Assembly: GCA_032718475.1 (NCBI GenBank)
Contig: JAUCBJ010003467.1
Location: 62,001-126,000 of the forward strand
From: Nemertoderma westbladi
Taxonomy: Eukaryota > Animalia > Xenacoelomorpha
Reading direction: 5' to 3'
DNA length: 64,000 bases
The notes beneath the pieces are model-generated. The model saw only the letters and a program-made list of their open reading frames with translations. It had not been told where the DNA came from and did no database searches. The stretch's first letter is position 1. Each line of letters begins with the position of its first letter. Below, one piece after another: positions 1 through 10,915 of the stretch. The position numbers were made by a program, and so were the translations under genes.

Positions 1-77
1 ACCTGCTGACTGGGAGTAAAAGTAAATGCCAAATAACCACCAAGGTTAAGGCTGAAGAGTGTTTGGAGCTCATTCAC

Positions 78-308
78 GGTTGGGTGAATTCTTAGCCCGC
101 GAGTATTCTCAGCCCGCGGGTATTCTTAGCCCGCGAGTATTCTCAGCCCGCGGGTATTCTTAGCCCGCGAGTATTCTTATCCCGCAAGTTAGTAAAGGAG
201 TAGGTTTCAGTGGCGTATTGGGGGAACCAAAACAATAAACGTTATTGTTTTACGGGCTAAGAATATCCACGGGCTAAGAATACTCGCGGGCTAAGAATTC
301 CTGAGACC
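78..308. mobile_element. Short MITE-like element with inverted 18-bp subterminal repeats
   Basis: Tandem TTCTYAGCCCGCGRGTA units at 88-186 are mirrored as GGGCTAAGAATA at 255-300; the centre holds the AAAGGAGTAGGTT...AACCAAAACAATAAAC core also seen in other MITEs of the window. Confidence 0.6.
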
Positions 309-576
309 TTCATTCACCCATTATCGTGAAATGTATATGACAAATAGAGTCCTAAAAAAGAAATTAAAACGAATAAGTTGGTCCTTCTCCCTGTCCCAAA
401 GAAGTGTAACCTATCCCTCTATGAGTCTTTTCGGGGAATTGATCTCGATTGCTGCAAAGCTATACAACCAAAAGAGAAAGAAATACACCTGGCTGTTATT
501 CTGGCTCAGTCTGCCCATGTTCAGCGTATTTACAGCATATTAGATCCGTGAGGAAATTATTGAAGCAAACAGATAA

Positions 577-830
577 GTGATCTGTACAGATCAGTGATCT
601 GTACAGATCAGTGATCTGTACAGTCATACAAGTAACGAACATCAGTTACGATGGTTCAGTGACGACAGATAACTATAACTACGATTTTTTCCACCACATT
701 TGTGTCTACTGCTGATGGTGACACAGATAACTACGATTTTTTCCACCACATTTGTGTCTACTGCTGATGGTGACACAGATAACTACGATTTTTTCCACCA
801 CATTTGTGTCTACTTCTGATGGTGACACAG
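577..830. repeat. Two adjacent minisatellites (17-bp GTGATCTGTACAGATCA x~3; ~52-bp GACACAGATAACTACGATTTTTTCCACCACATTTGTGTCTACTGCTGATGGT x~3)
   Basis: Direct tandem units visible in the sequence. Confidence 0.85.
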
Positions 831-1476
831 ATCCATTCGACGAAGTCTTATCATGGGGAGTTCTTCAGGGTGACACACTTGCATTCTTGTTCATAAAGTT
901 GTGGTTTTCAAAATAGGATCTGGTTAGATTAATTTATTGGTTGGGGTTCCCGGTTAGTTGGTCAGGCCTCAACCATAGCCGCTCAACCATAGGCGCCCAA
1001 CCATAGGTGCTCAGCCATAATCCCAGAAATATTAGCGGAATTTTGGAGATTATTTCCAGAGGCCAAGGCCATGGCAGTTAATTATAACTTATCTTCAGAT
1101 TGTTGATATAATTTACCAATGGCAGGTTTATTAGGGTTGAGACCTTACCGCAGCTAACCCTAACCAAAACACTAAACCAAAGTACTATACATTACAAAAC
1201 AGCGGGAAAATGTATAAAAATCAGACAGTCTAGAATTCGTCATACGTAAAAACTGACATCGGAAATGGAATCACCGACCAAGAAAACTCGCTTAATGAAA
1301 ATGTTAAGTTCATGGTCATGGTTTATGACAAACAAAACTGACAGACGGACAAACAAACAAACAGACAGACTGTCTAGATTTCTTAAAAACTGACATCGGA
1401 AATGGGGCCATCAACCAAAAAACCCCTATATAGCGCAAATCGTTGGTTGTTGGTATCATGACCTACTACAGTATAG

Positions 1477-1620
1477 TCGTCGCTGTGTCCGAGTGGATAC
1501 AGCGCCTGAACTGCTTACACAATAGGGTATGGTGGCGCGGGTTCGAATCCGACTTAATGTTTCACCTTTGAACCCCATGTGCGGCACCGGCACACTGGCG
1601 CCTCAAGCATTTATAACATA
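1477..1620 (+). mobile_element. tRNA-derived SINE head (Pol III A/B boxes)
   Basis: A box TGTCCGAGTGG near 1486 and B box GGTTCGAATCC near 1540; no convincing cloverleaf or acceptor stem. The 3' end is approximate. Confidence 0.55.
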
Positions 1621-2658
1621 ATTATTGGCTAAATTGTAATTAAATTTCATGTGATTTAATTTTAAAGTACCTTCAAACCAATAAGAATTCCTTCATTCAA
1701 GCAATATTAAATTAACACCAGTTTTTCCTGCGCAACACGAATATTAACTCCGTCCCAATAGGGTATAACAAAGATATAAGAGGTTTTAAATAAAGACGGC
1801 ACCCTATGCCGCCCTAAGGGTCAGGGTAAAATATGTAAAGGCGGCACTCTGCCGCCCGCCTCCCTGAGGGTTGAGTTATAATTATATGAAGGCGGCACAC
1901 TGTGCCGCCTTAATGAATATGGTCCACAATTATTTCTAATGAAAAAGCAATATGAATGAATAGGCGGCAGTTTGTCTCCTATTTAAGTGTTATTGCTGTT
2001 GGTATGCAAAGGGTTAAACTGTCATGCCAAGATTTGACAAGAATCATATAATACTAACAAGAATTAACAAAGTCTCAAATCACACCAACGCAACGCAATG
2101 CAAGCCAATCCAAGTCACTCAATAACCTCCTCCAAGACCCACAAAGTCTTGGTGACTCTTCCAGACAAGACAACGCCCACCAATAATTACCAAGAACTCA
2201 ATGCATTCAAACCGCAATTATTGGCAATAGAGTTGAATGAATGTTCAGCATATGAGATTCCTGGGGAAATTATTGCAGCTTTAAGATCACTGTACGATGG
2301 TAGGGTGACACACTTGCACCATTCTTATTAGTAATTGTGGTTGATTATGTTCTACGGATGTCCTTAGACCATCTTAATAAAGAGGGGGTGATGGTGGGGG
2401 TTACCATCACCCCATCTTTTTTAAGATGGTTTAAGACATTCTGCATGCATCTGTGCATTGCAATTGCACCAAAATAAATACTGATACTGGTAGGGTGGTA
2501 GGCCCTACTTATACATATTCAGATATTATATACATTTTGTTTTTCGCAATTGCTGACAAGTTACGCATTTGCGTTTTAACAGTTTAAGGCGGGAATAAAA
2601 TATAAATAAAACAGAATTAGATTGTCTGTCTGTCAGTACCGGTAGCGGTAATTTAGTA

Positions 2659-3559
2659 CCGGTGTAACAGGAAAATATGCCCCCCCGGGAAATGTGCCCG
2701 GGGGGGCATATTTTCCTAGGAAAAAATGCCCCCCCCTTAGGAAATTATGCCCCCCCTGAATTATACAATAAACAAAACTTATTACTACTAAAACTTACAA
2801 AAATTATACAAAACAATAAACAGTCACTTTACCAAATGAAGGAAAGGAGCAGGTTACAGAGGCAGGCCATTCTAACCTAAACAATAAACGATCATTTAAC
2901 TAATTGAGGGAAAGGAGCAGGTTACAGAGGCGGGATTTTCTAACCAAAACAATAAACAGTCACTTTAGCAAATCAGGGAAAGGAGCAGGTTACAGAGACG
3001 GGATTTTCTAACCAAAACAATAAACGATAACATTACCAATTGAGAGAAAGGAGCAGGTTACATAGGCGGGATTTTCTAACCAAAACAATAAACAAGCACT
3101 TTACCAAATCAGGGAAAGGAGCAGGTTACAGACTTAAAAAAGCTTGGAGCTGCTCGGCGCCCACACAAACCACACTCGCACTGCAGCACTGCTGTTATAC
3201 CAGTACTTACTACAGTACTACAATAGCCTACTGACTTAGATACTTCAGTATGCTGTTCTACATCCCTTACTGCCTTACCTGCTTACCTACCGGCAGACTG
3301 GTACCGTACTATTCTTCCAACTATTACAAGTTCTGCAGTTGGTAGATTAAAAGTGGCTACCAGCAGACCGGTATCGTACCAGTTTTCAGACTTTTGAGGG
3401 GGGCTAATTTTCCTGAGGGGAGGCATTATTTCCTAAGGAGAAAATGCCCCCCCCGGGCTAAATTTCCTAGGAAAAATTGCCCGGGGGGGACATAATATCC
3501 TAGGAAATAATGCCCCGGGGGGCAGATTCTAGGGGGGGCTGATTTCCTTGTGACACCGG
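2659..3559. mobile_element. Non-autonomous DNA transposon (MITE), TA-flanked, with GC-rich subterminal repeats and an internal ~67-bp tandem array
   Basis: Ends TA|CCGGTGTAACAGGAAA and TTTCCTTGTGACACCGG|TA are inverted; GCCCCCC/CCTAGGAAA subterminal motifs at both ends; GGAAAGGAGCAGGTTACAGAGGCGG...CTAACCAAAACAATAAAC x5 at 2810-3130. Confidence 0.75.
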
Positions 3560-5347
3560 TACTGTTCTAAAATAGCGGTACAGACCAGGCAGACAGACGT
3601 AGTACGTAGTATAGTCCTGTAGTCTGATACGGTAGTACCTGAGTACAGTCTGACAGTTGTACCGCTTCCGGCTACCGCATTAGTCAGTTAGTGTCAGGTC
3701 AGGTAGTCAGGGTGTGTGTGTGTCAGTTGTCAGTGTGTGAGTTGTGTGTGTGTGTGACTAATAGCTGAACATGAGAACAGCTGAATTCAGGAATAGGTAG
3801 ATAGGCACCCTCCTGACCAGCTGACGGACCAGTACCGGCAGACCGGTATACAGACTGATAGAACAGGTAGGCCTATACAACAGTAGGGTGGTCCAAAAAA
3901 CTTTTTTTCATTCTGTCGATTTCCTCTTTGGTCAGTTGGTGTTTAATCATACTGTCATAAGAACAACGCAACACAACCTCATCAACCTTAACACCAACAG
4001 CTCTACATCTGTACATGCTGCTCCAACCACAAGCGAGTTCATCAGTTCATTTCAGTGATAAAATCTTGTCCTTGTCAGCTTATCCAGCTGTCCAGAGTTG
4101 ATGTTAGGGCTGTACAGCTGTAGGGTGTGTTTGAGAATACGCTTTCTCTTTACTTTATAGCAAGTGAACGCAAAATGCTGAAATGTATGGTTCAGTTCAG
4201 AGGTAGGCCTACAAAGTCATCATTTGTTATAACTTAACTAAGTGATGATTCGGACAGTGTCATTGCTTCACTTATTTGTTGCTTCACTTATTTGTTGCTT
4301 CTCAATCTGGCTGTCTGGGCTTTTTTTCTTCTTCTTGTAGTGCAGTTAGTGTTTTTTTCTCTGCCCTCTTAATCAGTTAATGATTGTATCTTATTTTTCT
4401 CTTGCAATATTTATAGCCCCTTTCACCTTTTTAGCAGTTGCTCGATCTACTCCTGCCATTGTCTGCTTCCGGGAAGATCTCTGACTGTCTGATCAAACAG
4501 AAAGATAAATCTTCAGCTGCTGCATTGTCACCTTGTCGACCCTGTAATACTGTAATATCCTCTGCCTCTCAGCATCTTTGCAGGACAGCAGGATAAACCT
4601 ACATCAAAAGATCAGCAAGTGACTTTGTAAACACTTTAACAGCATCTTGATCAGCAGCTTTCCCTTTCATATTATACTTTCCAACTTTCACATACTTCAG
4701 TACTTTGCATTGCATGCATTCGCACAATTTATTACGGTAAATAATGGAATCTGTTGCTATGGTTGGAATGCCACCCTTGCTGTCTGGCATCTAGGTCCAC
4801 AATTCTTCGATTTCACCCCCCCCCCCCCCCCCCCCCCCCCCTCCAGATTTTTCTACAAATCTTTATCATATCAGCATATTGCTTGAAATTTGAAACACAA
4901 CTAGTTCCACTCACCGTCGATGACCCCATGAAGCCGGAATTTTCGATTTTGCCTTTAAATTTTTTTATAAGCGTTTTAAAGTGTCATTTGCGAAATCGCA
5001 CCCTCAGTATCGTGGCCATTCTTCGCATTAGTCGTAACTTTTTCATATCATTAAAAAGCTCGCGTTGCAAGGATTCCAAATATGTAACAATATCTGAATT
5101 TCATTGAGAAACGGCTGACAGGCTGAGATCAGGAGATATAGGCGTTCAATGATTGCAAGAATTAACGTTCGCTAGATGCCATTTATTCTATTTAATAAAT
5201 ACACTATGTTCTGGAACATTTTGTTTAAGTATGATTTAAATCGCTTATAAAAAAAATTTAAAGGCAAAATCGAAAATTCGGCTTCATGGGGTTATCGATC
5301 TGTCGATGGTGAGTGGAACTAGTTGTGTTTCAAATTTCAAGCAATAT

Positions 5348-6827
5348 GGCTCGCGCTGAATTTTTACAACTGCAGTATTACTGGCAGCTGTTATTTATTG
5401 TACCGGTTCACCAGTAGTGGTGTACGTACGGTACGTATACAGGTGTATAAACACGACTTTTTGTTGTTTTGTTGAATTGCGGATGCCTTGCTGCCTTGCG
5501 ATAATTAGAAGTATCATTTTTAGTGTATTTGTCAATATCGCATCAAGGTGCTAATGTTGACTTGTGCCGGACTTCACATTATCTGCAATAATGCACTATT
5601 CGCTCTATGCTTGTTTTGAAGGTGTCTACACCAACTAAACCTCATTGCGGTTCTAATGAGTTTCAAGTTTGTATAATAGTAATCATATGATATGAAATTG
5701 CACTTGTTCGTCACCTAACGACGATTTATTATGGGGGTAGTGACTGTTTGCAATGGCAATGCCAGTCGAGGCCAACAGCCACCCCCTATGCACTGTAAAT
5801 ATAATTAAAGAAATTAGTATTATAGTAATGCTGTAAATCCGAGTAGCAGAATGAACAAGTTTTGTCTAAATAATTTTTTTTTATTTGTGTATTTCTCGTT
5901 TCAGTCATTTCCTTAAATTATTTGTTTCTAAAAATATCCTAGTTCCAAACTCTGCCATGCCTATAGATAATTAAGAAAAAAAAAAAATAATAATAAACAT
6001 TACTAAGTGCCAAAAAATAAATTCAAAATGAAAATAACGCTGGTATTTAATTTTTCATTGTCGTATAGAAAGTAACTTAATTTTTTATTTAATCCATTAT
6101 ATATATATCCGTATTATTATTAGTTATATATATATTATTTCAACATTTTCGTATTATTTTATAAATTTTTTTTCCAATATTTTATTTATTAATTCAACAG
6201 TCGTATTAATCAGAGTTAATATGAATGAAAATTCCTGATTAATTGGGATACATTCCTTCGACCTCGAAAGAGTTACTAATATGCGTGGAGTTTAGCGATT
6301 TGGACGCTCGGGATGCGTTGATGGATTCCTCGATAACCGATTCATCGATATCCGTGACAAACTGCGATTCGGAATCTCTAATCTCGTTATTCCCGTCCAT
6401 CGCTGCAGTATCGTAGTGTTCAGCGGTCCCACCTTTTTTTTTTTCCTTTGGCTAGTCTCCTTTGCGACGCGCGAAGGGCGGTAGGTCCAGCTTCAACAGG
6501 TTCTTTGGAATCTCGACGAGATACGTTTCTCTGCTGGATTTCTGTCAGGGTTGAAGACTCATTAATATGAAATATTGATGATATGAAATATTAAAAAAAG
6601 CCATTACTGGTACTGGTAATAAAATCTTTACAATTTTTGGGAAAATTTTTCCCGTCTTGTTTCCCCGAGGAAACCGGGAAATTTGAGAAAAATATCAGAG
6701 TCTTTTCATATATAGACAATGTAGAATTGAATATGTGAAAAATTATGTAAGTGTTTTCCCACTAGACAAGTGTTTTAGACACATCCATTTTTTAGTGTTT
6801 CAGTGCCCCCCAAACCGGAAATTCCCC
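5348..6827 (-). mobile_element. Non-autonomous TIR element (GGG..TTTCCGGTTT..GGGGCACTGAA family) inserted into the MITE above
   Basis: Interrupts the MITE with AATAT on both sides. Right-end sequence matches 45930-45970, 46525-46620 and 52095-52230; left-end sequence matches 52745-52901 in reverse. Confidence 0.6.
6239..6562 (-). pseudogene. GC-richer ORF remnant of 108 codons with two internal stops, unknown product
   Basis: Reads MSLQP*QKSSRETYLVEIPKNLLKLDLPPFARRKGD*PKEKKKGGTAEHYD...EGMYPN* within very AT-rich flanks; no family recognised. Confidence 0.3.
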
Positions 6828-7750
6828 AATATGATAAAGATTTGTAGAAAAATCTGGGGGGGGGGGGTCTGTGTCATCAGAAAATGACACTATATTACGG
6901 GACATGGTGTATATTACAGTATTATATATAGATTGGCTTCCCAAATTATTAATAAACACCAAACACAATATATAGGCCTAACAAATATGCCTAATAAATA
7001 ATAAGCAATAAGCTGAAGGCATTCCAGAATTAGCGACCAGCAAGCAATAACAATTAAATTTTTTTTTATGTCTGACAACTTCTAGATTATTGCAAATATG
7101 TTATATAGTTTATTTATGGTATGCAGTAAAATTCATGTAATTTTGACCAGAACTAGTCCCATGACATATCACACCTCACTGCTTTGACGCCACACAATGT
7201 GGGCAATGTGGGGTGCGTGCTGGGACTAGCTCTCATAACTTTGACTTGATTTTTTTTCTCCTATCAACTTTTTTTCAGTTTTGTTACATATTAAACACTG
7301 TCAGAATATCAAAATGAAAAAAGTTTTTTCGACCACCCTAGTATACAGGTAGGGCTATGAGTAAACCTAGTACCGGTACTGTACTGTCAGCTTATAAGTT
7401 TTTAAGTTGTACCGTACTGGTCTGACCAGATAGCGGGGGAAACTGGACGCAATAAAAATTCATCCTTCTCCAGGGGAAATTCGACGCAAATAACAGCTGC
7501 TTACTTCAAAAATAAAACTGTAACCTGTTCTATTGTATTTAGTTTATTGATTTGGTTAAAACAACGTGCAACTGTAACCTGCTCCTTTCCCTAAATTGAG
7601 AATTTAACATTGAGGCGGGATATTAATTCGCCAAGATGGGTTTGCGACCAGTCCAGTCCCCCCCCCCCCCCCCCCCCTGTCTCGGTCTGACAGAGATAGG
7701 CCCAATTCCAGATTCCATTAAGCAGTTAAGAAATACGATTATATTAAATA

Positions 7751-8686
7751 ATGGTTAAGCCACAAAATAATCATGGTCGTAAAGGTACCGGTACAGTTGG
7801 GACACCGGCCAGACAAAGTCCACCGGTACTCGGAGCTAACCAAAGCAGCGGCTATTCCACAACTGGACGCGCTAACATTCGACCTACAGCTCTTTTCCGG
7901 GAGGAAGATATGGACTCTGAGTCCATCACATACCACCGTCCACGGAACAGACAACGCTCAGACGTGTTCTCACGCGTAACCACCGACGGAACTTCTCATC
8001 AAACCGTTCCTACACAGGGAACTTCTCGTCAGACTGTTCCTAACAAGGGAACATCTCGCCAGAAAGTTCCTAACAAGGGGAAATCTCGCCAAACCGTTCC
8101 TACCCAGGGAACTTCTCGCCAGACTGTTCCTAACAAGGGAACATCTCGCCAGACTGTTCCTAACAAGGGAACATCTCGCCAGACTGTTCCTAACAAGGGA
8201 ACATCTCGCCACACTGTTCCTAATAAGGAAACATCTCGCCAGACCGTTCCTACCCAGGGAACATCTCGCCAGAACGTCCCCACCCAGGGAACATCTCACC
8301 AGACTGTTCCTACCCAGGGAACCAGCAGTTCTCAACCTCGGAAGTCATCCGACGGTCACGGAAGCGGCGGTAGGAAACAATCTCATCCAAAGAAACGCCT
8401 AACAATGCGAAAGCAAATTATATATTTCCAAAGAACATCGCAATTATTAATCCCCAGACTTGCATTTCTACGGGTTGTTCGAGAAATATGCGGGGACTGC
8501 ACCGGTGGGACTCCATTCATGTTCCAAGCATTGGCGATAGAGGCGTTGCGAGAAGCGAGCGAGGCATTTCTTGTTTATATGTTTCAGGATGCGCAACTTC
8601 TATCGACGCACGCTAAACGTGTTACAGTTATGGTTCGAGATATTAAACTACTGAAACGTTTAAAAGAAGATCAATTTAACGTTTAA
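7751..8686 (+). CDS. CENPA: Centromeric histone H3 variant (CENP-A/CenH3-like) with a long repetitive N-terminal tail; intronless
   Basis: C-terminal H3 fold LLIPRLAFLRVVREIC...FQALAIEALREASEAFLV...HAKRVTVMVRDIKL. CenH3-type features: loop 1 is 2 aa longer than in H3 (CGDCTGGTPFMF vs AQDFKTDLRF), Q68 replaced by L, T107 replaced by A, tail unalignable to H3. F84 is retained rather than W. AATAAA near 8712 and no histone stem-loop seen. Confidence 0.85.
   Translation: MVKPQNNHGRKGTGTVGTPARQSPPVLGANQSSGYSTTGRANIRPTALFREEDMDSESITYHRPRNRQRSDVFSRVTTDGTSHQTVPTQGTSRQTVPNKGTSRQKVPNKGKSRQTVPTQGTSRQTVPNKGTSRQTVPNKGTSRQTVPNKGTSRHTVPNKETSRQTVPTQGTSRQNVPTQGTSHQTVPTQGTSSSQPRKSSDGHGSGGRKQSHPKKRLTMRKQIIYFQRTSQLLIPRLAFLRVVREICGDCTGGTPFMFQALAIEALREASEAFLVYMFQDAQLLSTHAKRVTVMVRDIKLLKRLKEDQFNV
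7987..8323 (+). repeat. Coding 30-bp minisatellite (~11 x GTS[R/H]QTVP[NK/TQ]) in the CENP-A tail
   Basis: GGAACWTCTCGCCAGACTGTTCCTAMCMAG repeated in tandem. Confidence 0.95.
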
Positions 8687-9145
8687 AAGAAGATCAATTT
8701 GCGTAATTAACAATAAATCTAATCTTAATCTAATATTAATTGTAGTTACCCATATATCATGTTCTCATGAGCCCGCTTTGAATCTTGTGTGACATGATTA
8801 TTGTTTGTACCGTCGTTGTCTGGCTGTAAATAGTCTTACCATCTTATACATAGAACTCCGCTTCTCTGAACAGATTCCTATTTTTTGTTGATTTCATATT
8901 TTAATTTTTTCAGTATTTTAATAATGGTACACAGTTTTAGTTATATATTCATATTCAAGCTTATCATAATTCATAATGAAGGATCACTATATTTTGCATG
9001 AGTTTTTTTAATTTCTCATACATTTTCTTGTTTTACTGTTTACTTTACATTTTCGTGTTTTCGTATTTACTGCGTTTTTTTACATATTTTCCAACTTCAC
9101 TACAAGGAATATAATGCCGTAATTCAGTGATACGACCATGACGCC

Positions 9146-9176
<31 letters not shown>

Positions 9177-10327
9177 ATTATAAATATGATATATGCCAAG
9201 GTTTCAAATGTTCGATTTTATTAAATTGATTAAAAAATATTCAAGAAATGCAGAATTGGTTGTGAAATATCTAAGATACGGGCATTCTAACGTTGTATGG
9301 TTTTGAATAATAAATAAACAATTCTAGAATTTTATTTATCTCATAAGATCCGGCTGGCGGTTCCTGTCTCTGACTACCCGACGTATCACGTCGTGTTGCG
9401 ACACTATATTTCTGGACATGGTATCCTCCTAGTGTGTGTCTGCATAACTATAATGCTTGGTTGATACATTACGGTATATTATAAGTACGTACATGTTGGT
9501 ACAATATGTTCCTGGAGAAAATAATTGAACGTTTAAACTTTTTTAATATTAGAATATTTTCAACAAGTGCAATATTGAATTGAAAAAAACAGTGTCTCCA
9601 TCACTATTATTGCACCAGTTGCACCGCAGTTATTCCGTGACCGCATGCTTACGAAAATAATGGTTTGGTGGTTTCGATAGAAAGCTGCTGGAATATGGAT
9701 TACAAGTCTGTTTAAACAATGGAAATTGGATGCTAAATGGCTGAGATATGGGCTGTCGAAGGATTCATGTTTTTAGCTATTTATAATAACTGCCAAAGAA
9801 CTTTTTAATAATTAATATTTAGGAAATCTATGTATGGCATTCAATCTTTAATATCTCCGCATAAGGTGATGGAATCTAAATTCAACCCAAACCAGGGAGG
9901 AGAAAACCGACGCAATTAACATCTGTTTGCGAGTAAAATTTAAACTGTAATCTGTGCTATTGTGATTTACATCAGCATTACACAAGATTACAAGAGCTGT
10001 TGTATTGTAAAGAATTGGATATCATTAGCTTATTCGAAATATTAATATTATTGGATATTTATTGTAATTGAAACTCGAATAGTGTAGAATAATTTTGCAA
10101 AATTATTTTACTGTTTAAAATTTACTGTTTAATACAGGGATAACCTCCCTGTTATCCTCCAATGTCACCATAATTATAATTATATTATACTTGTTATGTT
10201 ATAATTACTTATTATTTTTGTGCATTAAAAACTGTAAATTGAAAAATGTTGGTAGTTTCTTTATTGTCACGTATTCCGTCTTCCATATTTTGGGAATTAT
10301 TGGTCACAGTGAATAGTTATGAATTAT

Positions 10328-10562
10328 TAAAGTTATTATTATTAGCACTAGTTGTTAATAGTTGTTATTATTAGAGTTATTATTATTAGCACTAGTTGTT
10401 AATAGTTGTTATTATTATAAAGTTATTAATATTAGCACTAGTTGTTAATAGTTGTTATTATTATAAAGTTATTAATATTAGCACTAGTTGTTAATAGTTG
10501 TTATTATTATAGAGTTATTATTATTAGCACTAGTTGTTAATAGTTGTATTATTAGAGTTATT
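10328..10562. repeat. AT-rich ~43-46-bp minisatellite
   Basis: AGTTATTATTATTAGCACTAGTTGTTAATAGTTGTTATTATTA repeated about 5 times. Confidence 0.9.
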
Positions 10563-10915
10563 AAAGTTATGTTTATTACTGAAGACCGTTTTAATGTTTT
10601 GTAATCAGCGGAAGTGGTGGACTGGTGTGTCCATACCATTATTGAACACGACTGAATACGGCACTCGATGGGCTATTCCCCAAAGAAGTATAATTAAACT
10701 TTTGAATAAACTAACACATGGCACCGTTTTTAATTCATACATATTACATAGTTAACTCCGAGTAATTAACTTTTGTGCTAAAACAAATTTAGAATCTAAA
10801 AAGTCGTTTCCTGAAAAATGTTTTTTTTTAACTTAGTCCCTTAAATGACAGGGTCAATGTATAAAATATTATCAATACCCCCCATGTACAACTACGACCT
10901 GCTTTTATGCTCAGA

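Larger units (their letters stand above)
4815..6912. mobile_element. Palindromic Tc1/mariner-like MITE, left end truncated, nested in the hATm remnant
   Basis: 4875-4975 is inverted at 5240-5347; the right arm continues at 6828-6912 and ends ACACTATATTACGGGACATGGTG|TA. The same end occurs at ~33540-33609 and ~9400-9422. Confidence 0.55.
3884..7340 (-). mobile_element. Decayed hATm-like DNA transposon carrying nested insertions
   Basis: TIRs TAGGGTGGTCCAAAAAACTTTTTTTCATT / AATGAAAAAAGTTTTTTCGACCACCCTA. A minus-strand remnant near 4420-4520 reads ..RSSRKQTMAGVDRATAKK.., resembling DQRSSRRMAIGGVDIKET in the intact transposase at 29160. TSD is degenerate. Confidence 0.7.

Noticed and set aside
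1477-1560. Functional tRNA gene (also 60954-61030)
   Set aside because: A and B boxes are present, but there is no paired acceptor or anticodon stem and no T-run terminator; better explained as SINE heads.
7751-8686. CENP-A captured inside a transposon
   Set aside because: The nearest TIR pair closes at 7340, and no matching termini or TSD enclose the gene.
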